DNA of 64,000 nt from Eubacterium sp. (GCA_051892435.1 JBJFGE010000039.1:52766-116765); one strand, 5' to 3'; shown: positions 49,204 to 59,992, counted from the stretch's first letter. Made by a program: numbers and translations. Notes: generated by a model from the sequence alone, not told the origin.

Positions 49204-51807
49204 TTAATGAGCGTCGTACCAATTATCTCCGATCTTTCCGTCTGCTTTAAGGCGAACCTTCATTTTGCAGGCATTTTCCATTTCCTCTGTAACGATTTCA
49301 AGTGCCTTTTGTGCCTCGCTTTCAGGTGACTCAACAATAAGCTCATCGTGTACCTGAAGAATAAGCTGAGATTTCATATTCTCTTCTCTTAAACGTCTGT
49401 CAACCTTTACCATGGCAATTTTAATAATATCGGCGGCAGTGCCCTGTATAGGCATATTTCTTGCAACTCTTTCACCGAAGGCACGCATCATATGATTGCT
49501 TGAGGCAAGCTCGGGAAGATAACGCTTTCTGTGGAAAAGAGTTTCGCTGTATCCCTTATCCTTTGCCAAGTCAATCATTTTCTGCATATAGTTATTAACG
49601 CCACTATAAGTAGCAAGATAATTGTCGATATATTGCTTTGCCTCTTTGTTTGAAACGCCAATATCCTTTGCAAGAGAAAACGCACCGATACCGTAAACAA
49701 TACCGAAATTAACAGCCTTTGCTCTGCTACGCATCTGCGGAGTAACCATTTCAAGAGGAAGATTAAACACCTGAGATGCAGTAATGGCGTGGATATCGTC
49801 GCCGTTATTGAAAGCATTAATCATATTTTCATCGTCGGAAAGGTCAGAGAGAACACGAAGCTCAATCTGACTGTAGTCAGCGTCAATAAGCCTTTTTCCC
49901 TCGCCTGCGATGAAGAATTTTCTCATTTCTCTGCCAAGCTCTGTACGGATAGGAATATTCTGCAAATTCGGCTCAAGAGAGGAAATTCTGCCTGTTCTTG
50001 TTTCAACCTGATTAAAGCGTGTGTGAATTCTGCCGTCAGGCTCAATAACCTTTAAAAGACCGTCGCAATAGGTTGATTTCAGCTTTGAAAGAGAACGGTA
50101 TTCAAGAATCTGCGAAATAACAGGGTGCTCGTTCACAAGTCCCTCTAAAACCTCTGCATTTGTAGAATAGCCTGTCTTTGTTTTCTTTTTACAGGGCAAT
50201 TTTAAATCTTCAAAAAGTGCAACTCCAAGCTGTTTTGGAGAATTAATATTAAACTCATAACCAACGCTGTCGTAAATAGTTTTTGTCAGCTCGTTTATTC
50301 TTTCGCCTAACTGCTTGCCGAATTTTTCTATTCCCTCTTTGTCAACCTCGAAGCCGGCATATTCCATTTTTGCCAAAACCTCTGAAAGCGGTAATTCAAT
50401 TTCGGTAAGCAATTCTCTTTCATTTGCATCATCAATAAGTCTGTCGGTCTTTTCAAAAAGCGGTTTGATTATCGCCGCAAAAGATACCGTCAAATCATTT
50501 TCGCCCAAAGAGTTAAGATATTCAGGGAGCTTTACACCGTATTCAAGAGCAAGATGCTCGATATCATACTTAGAATCACTCGGCCTTAAAAGATAAGCAG
50601 AAAGCATTAAATCTCCGCAGACATTATTAAGCCTTACACCGTACTTACAGGCAAGACGGTGCAATTCCTTTGTGTTATAAGAAAACTTCTTAATACTCTC
50701 ATTCTCAAAGAAATTACGTACAAAATATGAAAATTCAGGGGTTTCGAAAGGCATTACAATTATTTCATCACCAAAGGCAAAATATAAATCTCCCACTGTA
50801 CCGTCTATGATATCGGGATAAAAATATGCCTCTGTACCTTTTAGCCTGTCGAGAAGGTAGTCAGCATCAACACAGGTGAGACGGCTGATTTCCCTTTTCG
50901 TTTCCTGCTCCTCTTCGCCATTGTCTGTAGCACCGTTAGGGTCAAGATTAAATTTCGGTATAAGAGAAAACAGCTCAAGCCTTACAAACTGCGAAACAGC
51001 CCTGCCGTCATTCTCTCTCTTAACAACATAGTTATTTATGTCTGTATCAATGGGTGCATCTGTTCTGATTGTGCCTAAATCAAGGGAAAGATATGCCTTG
51101 TCCTTATCATTAGCAAGCTTTGCTTTAACACCTGCTTTAATATCAAGGTCGTCAAGATTTTCGTAGATATTATCAATATTATGAAAACGCTGAATAAGGT
51201 CAAGGGCAGTTTTCGCACCAACACCTGCAACACCGGGAATATTATCGGAGCTGTCCCCTTGAAGAGCCTTAACCTGAATAAGCTCATCGGGAGTAACACC
51301 GTATTCCTCAGCAATAGCCTTTTCATCATAAACATCTGTGACAGCCTGTCCCATTTTTGTACGTGCAAGAAGAACCTTAACACCGCCATGTGCAAGCTGG
51401 AGAGAGTCTCTATCACCTGTTGCAATAAAGCATTCATCACCGTTTTCACGGCAAGCCTCTGCAAGAGTACCGAGAATATCGTCAGCCTCCCAGCCCTCTT
51501 TTTCTATAGTTGCTATTCCCAAGCTGTGAAGAAGCTCTTTAAGCACAGGCATCTGACTTCTGAGCTCGTCAGGCATTGCGTGACGTCCTGCCTTGTATTC
51601 ATCATACATTTTATGTCTGAATGTTGGAGCGTGAACATCAAAGGCAACTGCCACAGCGTCGGGATTGCACAAATCCTTAAGCTTTAGAAAAATAGTAAGA
51701 AAACCGTAAACAGCATTGGTATATTCTCCGTTTTTAGTAGTCAAAAGCTTTATTCCGTAAAAAGCACGGTTGATTATACTGTTTCCGTCAATTACAAGAA
51801 GTTTCAT
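49204..51807 (-). CDS. polA: DNA polymerase I
   Basis: 5'-3' exonuclease (IDGNS, EADD, GDSSDNIPG); polymerase motifs DYSQIELR, KAVNFGIVYG, QVHDEL. Confidence 0.97.
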   Translation of the reverse strand: MKLLVIDGNSIINRAFYGIKLLTTKNGEYTNAVYGFLTIFLKLKDLCNPDAVAVAFDVHAPTFRHKMYDEYKAGRHAMPDELRSQMPVLKELLHSLGIATIEKEGWEADDILGTLAEACRENGDECFIATGDRDSLQLAHGGVKVLLARTKMGQAVTDVYDEKAIAEEYGVTPDELIQVKALQGDSSDNIPGVAGVGAKTALDLIQRFHNIDNIYENLDDLDIKAGVKAKLANDKDKAYLSLDLGTIRTDAPIDTDINNYVVKRENDGRAVSQFVRLELFSLIPKFNLDPNGATDNGEEEQETKREISRLTCVDADYLLDRLKGTEAYFYPDIIDGTVGDLYFAFGDEIIVMPFETPEFSYFVRNFFENESIKKFSYNTKELHRLACKYGVRLNNVCGDLMLSAYLLRPSDSKYDIEHLALEYGVKLPEYLNSLGENDLTVSFAAIIKPLFEKTDRLIDDANERELLTEIELPLSEVLAKMEYAGFEVDKEGIEKFGKQLGERINELTKTIYDSVGYEFNINSPKQLGVALFEDLKLPCKKKTKTGYSTNAEVLEGLVNEHPVISQILEYRSLSKLKSTYCDGLLKVIEPDGRIHTRFNQVETRTGRISSLEPNLQNIPIRTELGREMRKFFIAGEGKRLIDADYSQIELRVLSDLSDDENMINAFNNGDDIHAITASQVFNLPLEMVTPQMRSRAKAVNFGIVYGIGAFSLAKDIGVSNKEAKQYIDNYLATYSGVNNYMQKMIDLAKDKGYSETLFHRKRYLPELASSNHMMRAFGERVARNMPIQGTAADIIKIAMVKVDRRLREENMKSQLILQVHDELIVESPESEAQKALEIVTEEMENACKMKVRLKADGKIGDNWYDAH

Positions 51808-51889
51808 TTTCTTCCCCCAAATTAAAATCTCGTATTAGTATAGCATATTTTCATACTATCTACAATCACTTACTTTTATTTTCAAACCA

Positions 51890-52606
51890 TTATACAAATT
51901 TTTGTACCGACACAACAAGCCTATCTTTTTTTGTCCTATGAAGCTCACCGCCAAAAATAAATCTTCCAAAGCCTCTGACTGATACAATATCATTTTCTTT
52001 GATAATGTAAGATGAGCTTTGAATTTTTCTGCTGTTAACAAATATTTTGTCGGTTTCAAAAAGCTTTGACGCTTCCTTTCTCGAAAGCTTATACACAGCA
52101 CTGACAAGAACATCTACTCTTAAAGAACTGACAACAAGCTCCCTTTCTTCAACTGAAGATCCGAAATCCTCAGGCAGATTTTCAGCAACAGTAACGTTTA
52201 CCGAGGTGTGCTTTACCTTAATCAGATTTTCAAGAATATAGTCTTTTATCTGCTCAAGGCAGAATAGATAACCGCAGTTTTCCTCCACTACAATATCCCC
52301 AAGCATTTCACGCTTTATGCCCAAGTTCATCAACGCACCGAGAAAATCACGGTGAGTAAGGCTATCGGCAAATTTTTTAGAAGCAGGAGAAATCAACAGA
52401 CAGGAAATAGGAAAATCACTCTCTGCCACATCCTCACCAAAGCCTGCCACAACCCTTTCTGCCGTTTCGTATCCGCCAAAAACGGTACAGGGCAAAAAGC
52501 TTTCCTTTAAAATGCTTTGCTCCTCCAAATTCAAAAAATCGCTGAACACCTTACATTTTCGTTCATATGCTCTGTCGTAAAGCTCGTTAAATCTTTTTTC
52601 GTCCAT
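51890..52606 (-). CDS. ylmH: YlmH/Sll1252 family S4-domain RNA-binding protein
   Basis: SDFL, FGGYE.AER, LTHRDFLGALM.LGIKRE.LGDI, SLRVD, SVRGFGRF. Confidence 0.88.
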   Translation of the reverse strand: MDEKRFNELYDRAYERKCKVFSDFLNLEEQSILKESFLPCTVFGGYETAERVVAGFGEDVAESDFPISCLLISPASKKFADSLTHRDFLGALMNLGIKREMLGDIVVEENCGYLFCLEQIKDYILENLIKVKHTSVNVTVAENLPEDFGSSVEERELVVSSLRVDVLVSAVYKLSRKEASKLFETDKIFVNSRKIQSSSYIIKENDIVSVRGFGRFIFGGELHRTKKDRLVVSVQKFV

Positions 52607-52619
52607 AATTAAACTCCAA

Positions 52620-52646
52620 AAAAACCGCAGTAAAAACTGCGGTTTT
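52620..52646 (-). terminator. intrinsic terminator
   Basis: aaaaccgcagt-aaaa-actgcggtttt. Confidence 0.7.
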
Positions 52647-52667
52647 ATAAATCATATTAATGGCTTT

Positions 52668-53594
52668 TTATTTAGCCTCAATGCCTCTTGATTCCATCAT
52701 ATATTCAGCACTTGCAGGGAAGTGGTTTGTATATACGATATCAAGTGAAGCGTTCTTGTTTTTAAGAACTGCAACGTTTGCATGCTTAACATCGATATGT
52801 ACATCCATTTCGTAGTCACCTGCGATGATTTCGCCTGTCTTTGTGTCGATAGTAACAGTACCTTTACCGCCCTTATATGCAACTACAAAGTTTTCATCAA
52901 TAGTACCCTCTGAGAATGAAAGTACACTGATAGACTCAACTGTGGAAGAAATATCACCGAGAGCGTTGAAGAAACGTCCCTGAGCATCCTCACCGGGCAT
53001 AGAAAGAATTACTTCTTTAGGCTGGATTGTGATATTGATTGTACCGTCGCCGTTGTCAACAACGTTTGCCATAGCAACGTCATCAACTGTCAATGAAGAT
53101 ACTCTGCAGTCGAAGCTGTCATTTTCTCCTCTTGTATCATACTGTGGGTCTCTGTTTCCGCTTGGTGGAAGACAAACAACGCTACCTGAGAAAAGGCCGC
53201 CTACAATACCCGGAACAAGACCGTCAAGCATTGAGTTTGACTTACCCTCAACAAGAAGATTCTGAACGCTAAGATTCTCATCACCGAGAAGCTTGTAATA
53301 TGTTTTGGTTTCACCGTTTTCTGTATAGGTTGCTGTAAGAGTCTTTGTGTAGTCGTAGCACTCTACATAGTAATTTACGACGTCCTCAATTGATGTAAAT
53401 TCAATTCCGCCATATGTATCTGCAACGAATTCGTCAATTACAATTTCTTCACCTGTTGAAGCGCTTTCCTCTCCCTCAGTAGTCTCTGTAATAACAGGAT
53501 ACTTGTGGATAACAACAGCAGTTGCTACTAAGCAAATAACAAGCACAACAGCAAGAAAACTGTTAAATTTACTTAAACCTGATTTTCTTTTCAT
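52668..53594 (-). CDS. uncharacterised membrane-anchored exported protein (paralog of 62069-63058)
   Basis: N-terminal TM; shares TYGGI, VVNYYVE, YYKLLG, DGLVPGIVGGL and SMPG.DAQG blocks with the 62 kb gene. Confidence 0.7.
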   Translation of the reverse strand: MKRKSGLSKFNSFLAVVLVICLVATAVVIHKYPVITETTEGEESASTGEEIVIDEFVADTYGGIEFTSIEDVVNYYVECYDYTKTLTATYTENGETKTYYKLLGDENLSVQNLLVEGKSNSMLDGLVPGIVGGLFSGSVVCLPPSGNRDPQYDTRGENDSFDCRVSSLTVDDVAMANVVDNGDGTINITIQPKEVILSMPGEDAQGRFFNALGDISSTVESISVLSFSEGTIDENFVVAYKGGKGTVTIDTKTGEIIAGDYEMDVHIDVKHANVAVLKNKNASLDIVYTNHFPASAEYMMESRGIEAK

Positions 53595-53675
53595 ACAAAA
53601 ATTCCCCTTCTGTACTTTATTACTCCTATATAATATACTAAAACTTACATTTTTTCAATATATTTTTTATTTATT

Positions 53676-54998
53676 TTATTTTTTTAGTAATATTGTAATC
53701 TCTGTGCCTTCTCCCAGAGTGCTGTTAAGAGTAATTTCGGCATCGTGCTGCTGGGCAATATGCTTAACTATTGCAAGACCTAATCCTGTACCGCCTGTTG
53801 CCTTACTTCTGCTTTTATCAACTCTGAAAAATCGTTCAAAAATCCTGTCCTTGTACTTATCGGGTATGCCTATTCCCGTATCCTTAACTACTAATTTTAC
53901 ACCATTTTCACAAGGGGCTACAGAGACGGTAACGCTACCGTTTTCAGTATTATATCTTATGGCATTATCACAAAGGTTATAAACAAGCTCCTCAAGGAGA
54001 CTGCCGTTACCTTTTACATAACAGCTTTCTCCCTCAAGAAATAGGGTTACGTTTTTGTTCTGTGCATTTATAGAAAGTGCCTCTACGCATCTTTTACATA
54101 TTTCATAAATATCTACAGACTCAAATACAATTCCCTGCTCATCATTTTCTTCAAGCTGAGAAAGCTGAATTATATCCTCGCTTAAATTTACAAGACGAAG
54201 CGCCTGCTTTCTTATAACACCTGCAAAGGGCTTTACATCCTCAGGCTTAGCCATTCCTGATTCAATAAGTTCAGCATAACCTGCAATAGATGTCAAAGGT
54301 GTTTTCAGCTCATGGGAAACATTTGCGGTAAACTGCTTTTTCTGCTTATCAAGTGCTTTCTGCCTGTTTTTCTGTTCCTTCAAAGCATCAACAAGCGGCA
54401 TTAGCTCATCATAGGTTTTTATATTATCAAGATCGGTAAGATTTTCACCCAGCTCCTCAATAGGCTTAACAATGCTTTTTGTTATTCCGACGCTGATTAC
54501 AACTGACATACAGATAACAAATATAACAGAAATTAAAATGTAGATAATTATATTTGAAAAGAACGAATTTACGCTTTCAGCCTTTGTTGAAATTCTTAAT
54601 ACGTCACCGCTGTCAAGAAGCTTTGCATAATAATATGTATTTTCATTAAGAGTCGTCGAATTCCTTACTGTGCTTGACTCACCGTCTTTTACAGCCTGCA
54701 TAAATTCCTCTCGGTTTGAGTGGTTTTCCATTTTTGAGACATCCTCACTGCTGTCTGCAAGAACTGTTCCGTCAGCAGATATGAGAGTAATTCTTGTATC
54801 CTCGTCAAGTCCGTTATTTATGAATGAGTAGTCATCGCTTTGCCTTAGCTCTGCCTCCACAACGGATTCAACTGCATTTAGATTTTCTTTAACCTGACTA
54901 TCGCTGTAGGAATAAAATATTGCCACAACAACAACCGCTGTTATGGCAATTAACGATACACCGAAGGCAAGTATTTTTCCAAGAGTATTTTTAGTCAT
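53676..54998 (-). CDS. phoR: sensor histidine kinase (PhoR-like)
   Basis: Two TM segments, MENHSNREE, NVSHELKTPLT, NAIRY, DTGIGI, FERFFRVDKSRS..GGTGLGLAI. Confidence 0.85.
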   Translation of the reverse strand: MTKNTLGKILAFGVSLIAITAVVVVAIFYSYSDSQVKENLNAVESVVEAELRQSDDYSFINNGLDEDTRITLISADGTVLADSSEDVSKMENHSNREEFMQAVKDGESSTVRNSTTLNENTYYYAKLLDSGDVLRISTKAESVNSFFSNIIIYILISVIFVICMSVVISVGITKSIVKPIEELGENLTDLDNIKTYDELMPLVDALKEQKNRQKALDKQKKQFTANVSHELKTPLTSIAGYAELIESGMAKPEDVKPFAGVIRKQALRLVNLSEDIIQLSQLEENDEQGIVFESVDIYEICKRCVEALSINAQNKNVTLFLEGESCYVKGNGSLLEELVYNLCDNAIRYNTENGSVTVSVAPCENGVKLVVKDTGIGIPDKYKDRIFERFFRVDKSRSKATGGTGLGLAIVKHIAQQHDAEITLNSTLGEGTEITILLKK

Positions 54999-55679
54999 TT
55001 AATCACCGACCTTGTAGCCTACATTTCTTATTGTCTTAATATGCTCACCTGCACTGCCCAACTTTTTACGCAGGGACTGAATATGAACATCAACCGTTCT
55101 GTTGCCCTGTTCAAAATTATATCCCCATACGATTTCCATAAGTCTGTCACGGGTAAGAACGATGCCCTTGTTTCTGATAAGATGCTTTAAAATTTCATAC
55201 TCCTTGTAGGTCAAATCAATCTCCTTTGAGTCCACAAGAACAATATGCTTGTTTTCGTCAAGCTCAATATTTTTATATATAAGGACAGTTTTAACCTTTT
55301 TTACAGTTCTGCGAAGGACAGCCCTTACTCTTGAAACAAGCTCCATAACGCCAAATGGCTTTGTGATATAATCATCAGCACCTGCATCAAGTCCCTTAAC
55401 AGCATCAATCTCGCTTGTCTTTGCCGTAACCATAATAACAGGAATTTCACTGTACTGAGCAGTTTTTCTGATTTTATTCAGTATAGCAAGACCGTCATCC
55501 TCAGGGAGCATAATGTCAAGAAGAATTAAATCGGGAATTTTTATTTCAAGCTCCTTGAAAAATTCCTTTCCGGTGTCAAAGCCCTTAACCTCAAACTCGG
55601 AATTTTTAAGAGCATAAATTTCCAGTTCTCTTATAGATGCGTCATCTTCAATGATGTATACAAGGGGTTTTTCGCTCAT
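54999..55679 (-). CDS. phoP: OmpR-family response regulator (PhoP/PhoB-like)
   Basis: LLDIMLP, GADDYITKPF, RTVDVHI, TIRNVGY; follows the Na/Pi transporter gene. Confidence 0.85.
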   Translation of the reverse strand: MSEKPLVYIIEDDASIRELEIYALKNSEFEVKGFDTGKEFFKELEIKIPDLILLDIMLPEDDGLAILNKIRKTAQYSEIPVIMVTAKTSEIDAVKGLDAGADDYITKPFGVMELVSRVRAVLRRTVKKVKTVLIYKNIELDENKHIVLVDSKEIDLTYKEYEILKHLIRNKGIVLTRDRLMEIVWGYNFEQGNRTVDVHIQSLRKKLGSAGEHIKTIRNVGYKVGD

Positions 55680-55705
55680 ATAATATGCCTCTCTGCAACT
55701 TATAT

Positions 55706-57475
55706 TTATTTAAGTGCGTATTTATTAAGATAGATTTCAAACTGCTCCATAAAGGTTTTGTTGTTTGAATTTTTAACTCCTTTAAGATATCTATGGGTCT
55801 GATAGCTTCCCTGTGAAAGCTCAATAATGCATACTGCAAGATTTGAACAATGGTCGGCAATTCTTTCGAATGAATTAATTATATCAAAGAACAGCATTCC
55901 GTTTTCAATAGAACATTCGCCGCTATCCATACGCTTTTCATGCTTTTCACGAAGCTCTGCTTTAAGATTATCTATAACCTGCTCCAATGGCTCAACTGTC
56001 ATTGCAAGCTCGGCACTGTCCTCAATAAACGCCCTTGTGGAATTTTCAATAATTTCCTGAACGGCTCTTCCCATAATCTCAAGCTCTCTGTTTGCTTCCT
56101 CTGAAAAATGAATTTTATCTTTATGCATTTTACGCTTTGTCTTGAGAATATTTACACCGTAGTCACCGATACGCTCAAAGTTACCGATAGCATGGGAGTA
56201 TTTGTTAAGCCTCATAGAATCAGCAACATTAAGATTCATTGAGCTGATTTTAACAAGATATGTTTCAAGCTCATCCTCATAGGCGTCAAGGTTTTTCTCG
56301 TTTGCTTTTATCTTTTCGTCCTTGACCTTGCTGTAAATCTTAATAAAGTCAAGGCTCATTGAAATATTATCCTTGGCAAGAACAGCCATTTCATCGCATT
56401 TTTCCTTAACCTTGTCAAGAGCATAACCGGGAGAAATAAGAAATCTTTCTTCAACAAGAGCAGTCTTCTTTTCAGCAACAGCTTCACCGGTTTTATCCTT
56501 ATCATCCTTGATTAAGATATACATAAGCTTTTCAAGAAGATTACCGAACGGGAACAAAACTACTGTTGCAAAAATATTGAAAACAGAATGAATAACAGCT
56601 ATCGTGGCAGGACTAACCGTTTCTGTAAAGAACGGCAATCCGAATATGGCATTACCTCCGTAGAAAATCACCATTGCCAAAGCAACACCGATAACATTAA
56701 AGGTAAGATGTGCCCAAGCGGCTCTTTTAGCATTCTTATTGGCACCTATTGAGGAGATAAGAACAGTCGTACAGGAGCCAATGTTTTGACCTAATATAAT
56801 CGGAAATGCCGCTGAAACAGTAATTGCACCTGTGCTTGAAAGTGCCTGCAAAATACCTACTGATGCCGACGAGCTTTGAAGCGCAGTTGTAAGAAGAGCA
56901 CCTGCAAGAATACCGAGAATAGGATTGGAAAATTTAACAAGAAGATTTGTAAACTCCGGAATATCCTTGAGTCCTGACATAGAGTCGCTCATTGTGGTCA
57001 TACCAATCATCAAAATGGCAAAGCCCACAAGAATATTACCTATGGTATGCTTTTTCTCCCCCTTGCAGAACATTACTAAAATTATTCCTATAAAAGCAAG
57101 GACAGGGGCAAATGCCTCAGGCTTTAACAGATTTATGAAAATATTTGACCCTTCAATACCTGTAAGGGACAAAATCCACGCAGTAGCAGTAGTACCGATA
57201 TTCGCACCCATAATTATACCAATAACCTGACGAAGTGCCATAATACCACTGTTTACAAAGCCTACCGCCATAACGGTAACAGCACCTGAGGACTGAATAA
57301 CAGCTGTTACAACAAGACCGAGAAGCACACCCTTTATACGATTGTTTGTCATTTTTTCAAGTATACTTTCAAGCTTACCGCCGCTGATTTTTTCAAGACT
57401 GTCACCCATAACATTCATACCGAACAGAAACATTGCAAGTCCGCCTATGAGCGTCAGAATATCAAATATAGTCAT
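55706..57475 (-). CDS. Na/Pi cotransporter with PhoU-like C-terminal domains
   Basis: Two QSS repeats (IQSSGA, LQSSSA), GANIGT and GQNIGS, ERIGD and ERIADH. Confidence 0.92.
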   Translation of the reverse strand: MTIFDILTLIGGLAMFLFGMNVMGDSLEKISGGKLESILEKMTNNRIKGVLLGLVVTAVIQSSGAVTVMAVGFVNSGIMALRQVIGIIMGANIGTTATAWILSLTGIEGSNIFINLLKPEAFAPVLAFIGIILVMFCKGEKKHTIGNILVGFAILMIGMTTMSDSMSGLKDIPEFTNLLVKFSNPILGILAGALLTTALQSSSASVGILQALSSTGAITVSAAFPIILGQNIGSCTTVLISSIGANKNAKRAAWAHLTFNVIGVALAMVIFYGGNAIFGLPFFTETVSPATIAVIHSVFNIFATVVLFPFGNLLEKLMYILIKDDKDKTGEAVAEKKTALVEERFLISPGYALDKVKEKCDEMAVLAKDNISMSLDFIKIYSKVKDEKIKANEKNLDAYEDELETYLVKISSMNLNVADSMRLNKYSHAIGNFERIGDYGVNILKTKRKMHKDKIHFSEEANRELEIMGRAVQEIIENSTRAFIEDSAELAMTVEPLEQVIDNLKAELREKHEKRMDSGECSIENGMLFFDIINSFERIADHCSNLAVCIIELSQGSYQTHRYLKGVKNSNNKTFMEQFEIYLNKYALK

Positions 57476-57573
57476 ATAATATACTCCGTAAATTAAAATT
57501 GTATTTTGTTTGCGTTAAATTTAGATTAATACAAGTTCGTATTTTACATTTACTCAGTTAAATTCAAGCGTAA

Positions 57574-57594
57574 TTTATGTTAAGTTTATGTTAA
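57574..57594 (-). promoter_or_regulatory. Pho-box-like tandem repeat
   Basis: TTAACATAAA twice with an 11-bp period on the minus strand, about 100 bp upstream of the Na/Pi-phoP-phoR operon; matches the Bacillota PhoP TT(A/T)ACA-N5 pattern. Confidence 0.65.
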
Positions 57595-57595
57595 A

Positions 57596-58543
57596 TTATT
57601 CGCAGTATACAGGAGAAGTTATTGCAAGTGGCTTTTCATCGCCGTCAACAGTACCCCAAAGCTCTGCACGATACCAATGGCCTCTTGCAAGTTTAAGTCT
57701 TACATGGCGTTCATCATAAACTGTCTCTAGAACCGTGTCATTGCCGTTTGTCACAATTTTTATCTTTTTATAGGCGATTGCTTCTTCTCCGGCGTCTTTC
57801 AAACGAGAATGTAAATCAGTAAAAAAGCTGAAGGTATATGTACCCTTTTTCACTGTATCGCCGATATGAAAGGTTTCGCCGTACCTGTGAAGTCGGAAGA
57901 AAAACTTTGCACCTGTTGACGCAACTGTTCTTCCCATTCTTATAGCCCTGATAGCAGATGACTCATCAATTCTGTCCAGGTCAAGATAAGTACATCCATA
58001 GTGACCGCCGTCCTCTAATCTGTGCCAATCTCTGCCGTAGGTAGCTGCAATCCTGTAGCCCTTGTCAAGAAGGGAGGTCCACATTTCAACGGTCCTTATG
58101 TTTTCATTGTTCAGTGCCGAAAAATCATTGTGCCACACTTCGATGTAGTCAACTGCGTTCCAATCTCTAACATTAAATTCCCATCTACCGCCTGTGCAAA
58201 CGGGAGAGCCGAGCTGATATGGATGTGCAATTCCAACAACACCGCCTGCTGCCTTGACTGCCTTTATCTTTTCGTCAATATTATCAGGTACAGCGTCACG
58301 CCAATCGACATATTCCTTTGCACCTAAAACAAGCATATGGCCGTAATATGTAGTCCATTCGATACCCTTGACAGCAGGAATTATTGACTCGTCAAGCTCC
58401 TGCCAACCCGAATATGTATTATGGTCCGTCAGTGCAATAAGTGCAAGGTGGTCCTTTTTAGCCTCCTGCTGAAGCTCATTAACCTGAAAGCCACCGTCTG
58501 AATGAACAGTATGGCAATGCAATTCACATGGAAGATAGCTCAT
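57596..58543 (-). CDS. PHP-domain metallophosphoesterase (CehA/McbA-like)
   Basis: LHCHTVHSDG, LTDHN, GIEWTT.YGH, AHP, G.DWH. Confidence 0.85.
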   Translation of the reverse strand: MSYLPCELHCHTVHSDGGFQVNELQQEAKKDHLALIALTDHNTYSGWQELDESIIPAVKGIEWTTYYGHMLVLGAKEYVDWRDAVPDNIDEKIKAVKAAGGVVGIAHPYQLGSPVCTGGRWEFNVRDWNAVDYIEVWHNDFSALNNENIRTVEMWTSLLDKGYRIAATYGRDWHRLEDGGHYGCTYLDLDRIDESSAIRAIRMGRTVASTGAKFFFRLHRYGETFHIGDTVKKGTYTFSFFTDLHSRLKDAGEEAIAYKKIKIVTNGNDTVLETVYDERHVRLKLARGHWYRAELWGTVDGDEKPLAITSPVYCE

Positions 58544-58983
58544 TATTCATTTTCTCCTTCCACAGTAATCTTATAATCAACATCACAGCTAACGCTGTGC
58601 ACATTCAACATTATATCCCATTCTCCTTGATGAATTTCTCCCTTGAGAAGGCCGGCAGATGCAAAATCCTTGCTTATAATATGCTCCTGCTTATCTGCGT
58701 GTCTGTGGGCAGCACCTCTGTAGATGCCGTTTTCATCAACAGAAAGAGTTACAAGATTTTTAACAGGAAGATTATCAGCAGGTCTGCCAATAATTTTTTC
58801 ACCGTATTTTTCGTAGCATTCCTTAACAAGTCTGACTGCCTTTTCTCTGTCCTCAAGTATTCTCGGTGAATATGAAAATTTAATTACTAATCTGTTTATC
58901 CCCTCGGGTACATCAAATCTGTGAATAAGATTTGTTTTATTGTTAGCCTCGGTTATTTTTCCTTTTGCCTCTAATATAACCAA
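58543..58983 (-). CDS. hypothetical protein coupled to the PHP gene
   Basis: Stop/start overlap with the PHP gene; TTG start after GAGGT; YRGAAHRH motif. Confidence 0.65.
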   Translation of the reverse strand: MVILEAKGKITEANNKTNLIHRFDVPEGINRLVIKFSYSPRILEDREKAVRLVKECYEKYGEKIIGRPADNLPVKNLVTLSVDENGIYRGAAHRHADKQEHIISKDFASAGLLKGEIHQGEWDIMLNVHSVSCDVDYKITVEGENE

Positions 58984-59110
58984 ATTTCTTACCTCGATTC
59001 CGTATAATTTAGCAGAAAAATCTATATACAAATAAATTATAAGATATAATCTTACTATTTTCAATTGATATTATTGAACAAAAATGATATATTGTTTTTG
59101 GTGATTTGTA

Positions 59111-59992
59111 ATGAAACTGAATTCTTGGATGAAGGACCTCGACAACAGCAGAGAGGTACTATGCCTAAATATATGCGGGACTCACGACTGCGTAACTCAA
59201 TATGTGCAGCTTTCCCACATATCAAAATGTCAAAATATGAATATATACGAACAGCTTTGCCTTGGCATAAGAGCGCTTGATATACGTGTTCAAAGCAATA
59301 AAAGCCGGCTTAAAATGGTGCACGGAATCGCAAAGGCTTTTAATACTCCCAATCATTTTTCGGCACAAATGGATATGGAGGATGTGCTTAACCACTGCTA
59401 CAGATTTTTAGAAGAAAATAAAAGCGAGACTATTATTTTTCAGTTTAAAAACGACAGTGGAAAAGAAAACGAAAAGTGCTTTGACAACCTCTTTAACACC
59501 TACATTTCAAAGGCTTCTGACAGATGGTTTCTTGAAAACAGAAGTCCTCTTTTAGAAGAGGTACGAGGAAAAATAATTCTTATCAGACGTTGCAAAATGG
59601 CTGATAGGGAAAATTATACCGACAAAAATACGGGCATAGATTTTTCGAAATGGGTCGAGCAGGATACAGCCGAGCCGTCACCGCTGACTCTTAAAACAAG
59701 CGGTGAAAATGAAATGACCTTTATCATTCAGGATAGGTTTAAATATAAGCCTGAGCCCAGATGGAATGATTGCATAAAGCCGTTTTTAGATACAATGGCT
59801 GAATTTAACGGTAAATACATAATCAATTATCTTTCCACTGCAGGCGGTTTAAAAGGTCCATACAACAACTCAAAATACATCAACCCCAAATTTCTTGATT
59901 ATCCTCTCGATAAGAAAAAATATTACGGAACAATCTATACTGATTTTCCGACAGAAAAGCTTGTAAGAAAAATAATAGATACAAATTTTTAA
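59111..59992 (+). CDS. phosphatidylinositol-specific phospholipase C (PI-PLC X domain)
   Basis: W...L....L..LNI.GTHD, CQ...I.EQL..GIR.LDIR, HG, ETII, RGKIIL; no signal peptide. Confidence 0.85.
   Translation: MKLNSWMKDLDNSREVLCLNICGTHDCVTQYVQLSHISKCQNMNIYEQLCLGIRALDIRVQSNKSRLKMVHGIAKAFNTPNHFSAQMDMEDVLNHCYRFLEENKSETIIFQFKNDSGKENEKCFDNLFNTYISKASDRWFLENRSPLLEEVRGKIILIRRCKMADRENYTDKNTGIDFSKWVEQDTAEPSPLTLKTSGENEMTFIIQDRFKYKPEPRWNDCIKPFLDTMAEFNGKYIINYLSTAGGLKGPYNNSKYINPKFLDYPLDKKKYYGTIYTDFPTEKLVRKIIDTNF

Noticed and set aside
50400-50900. Degenerate 3'-5' exonuclease region of PolA as a novelty
   Set aside because: Loss of proofreading motifs in Pol I is common in Bacillota.
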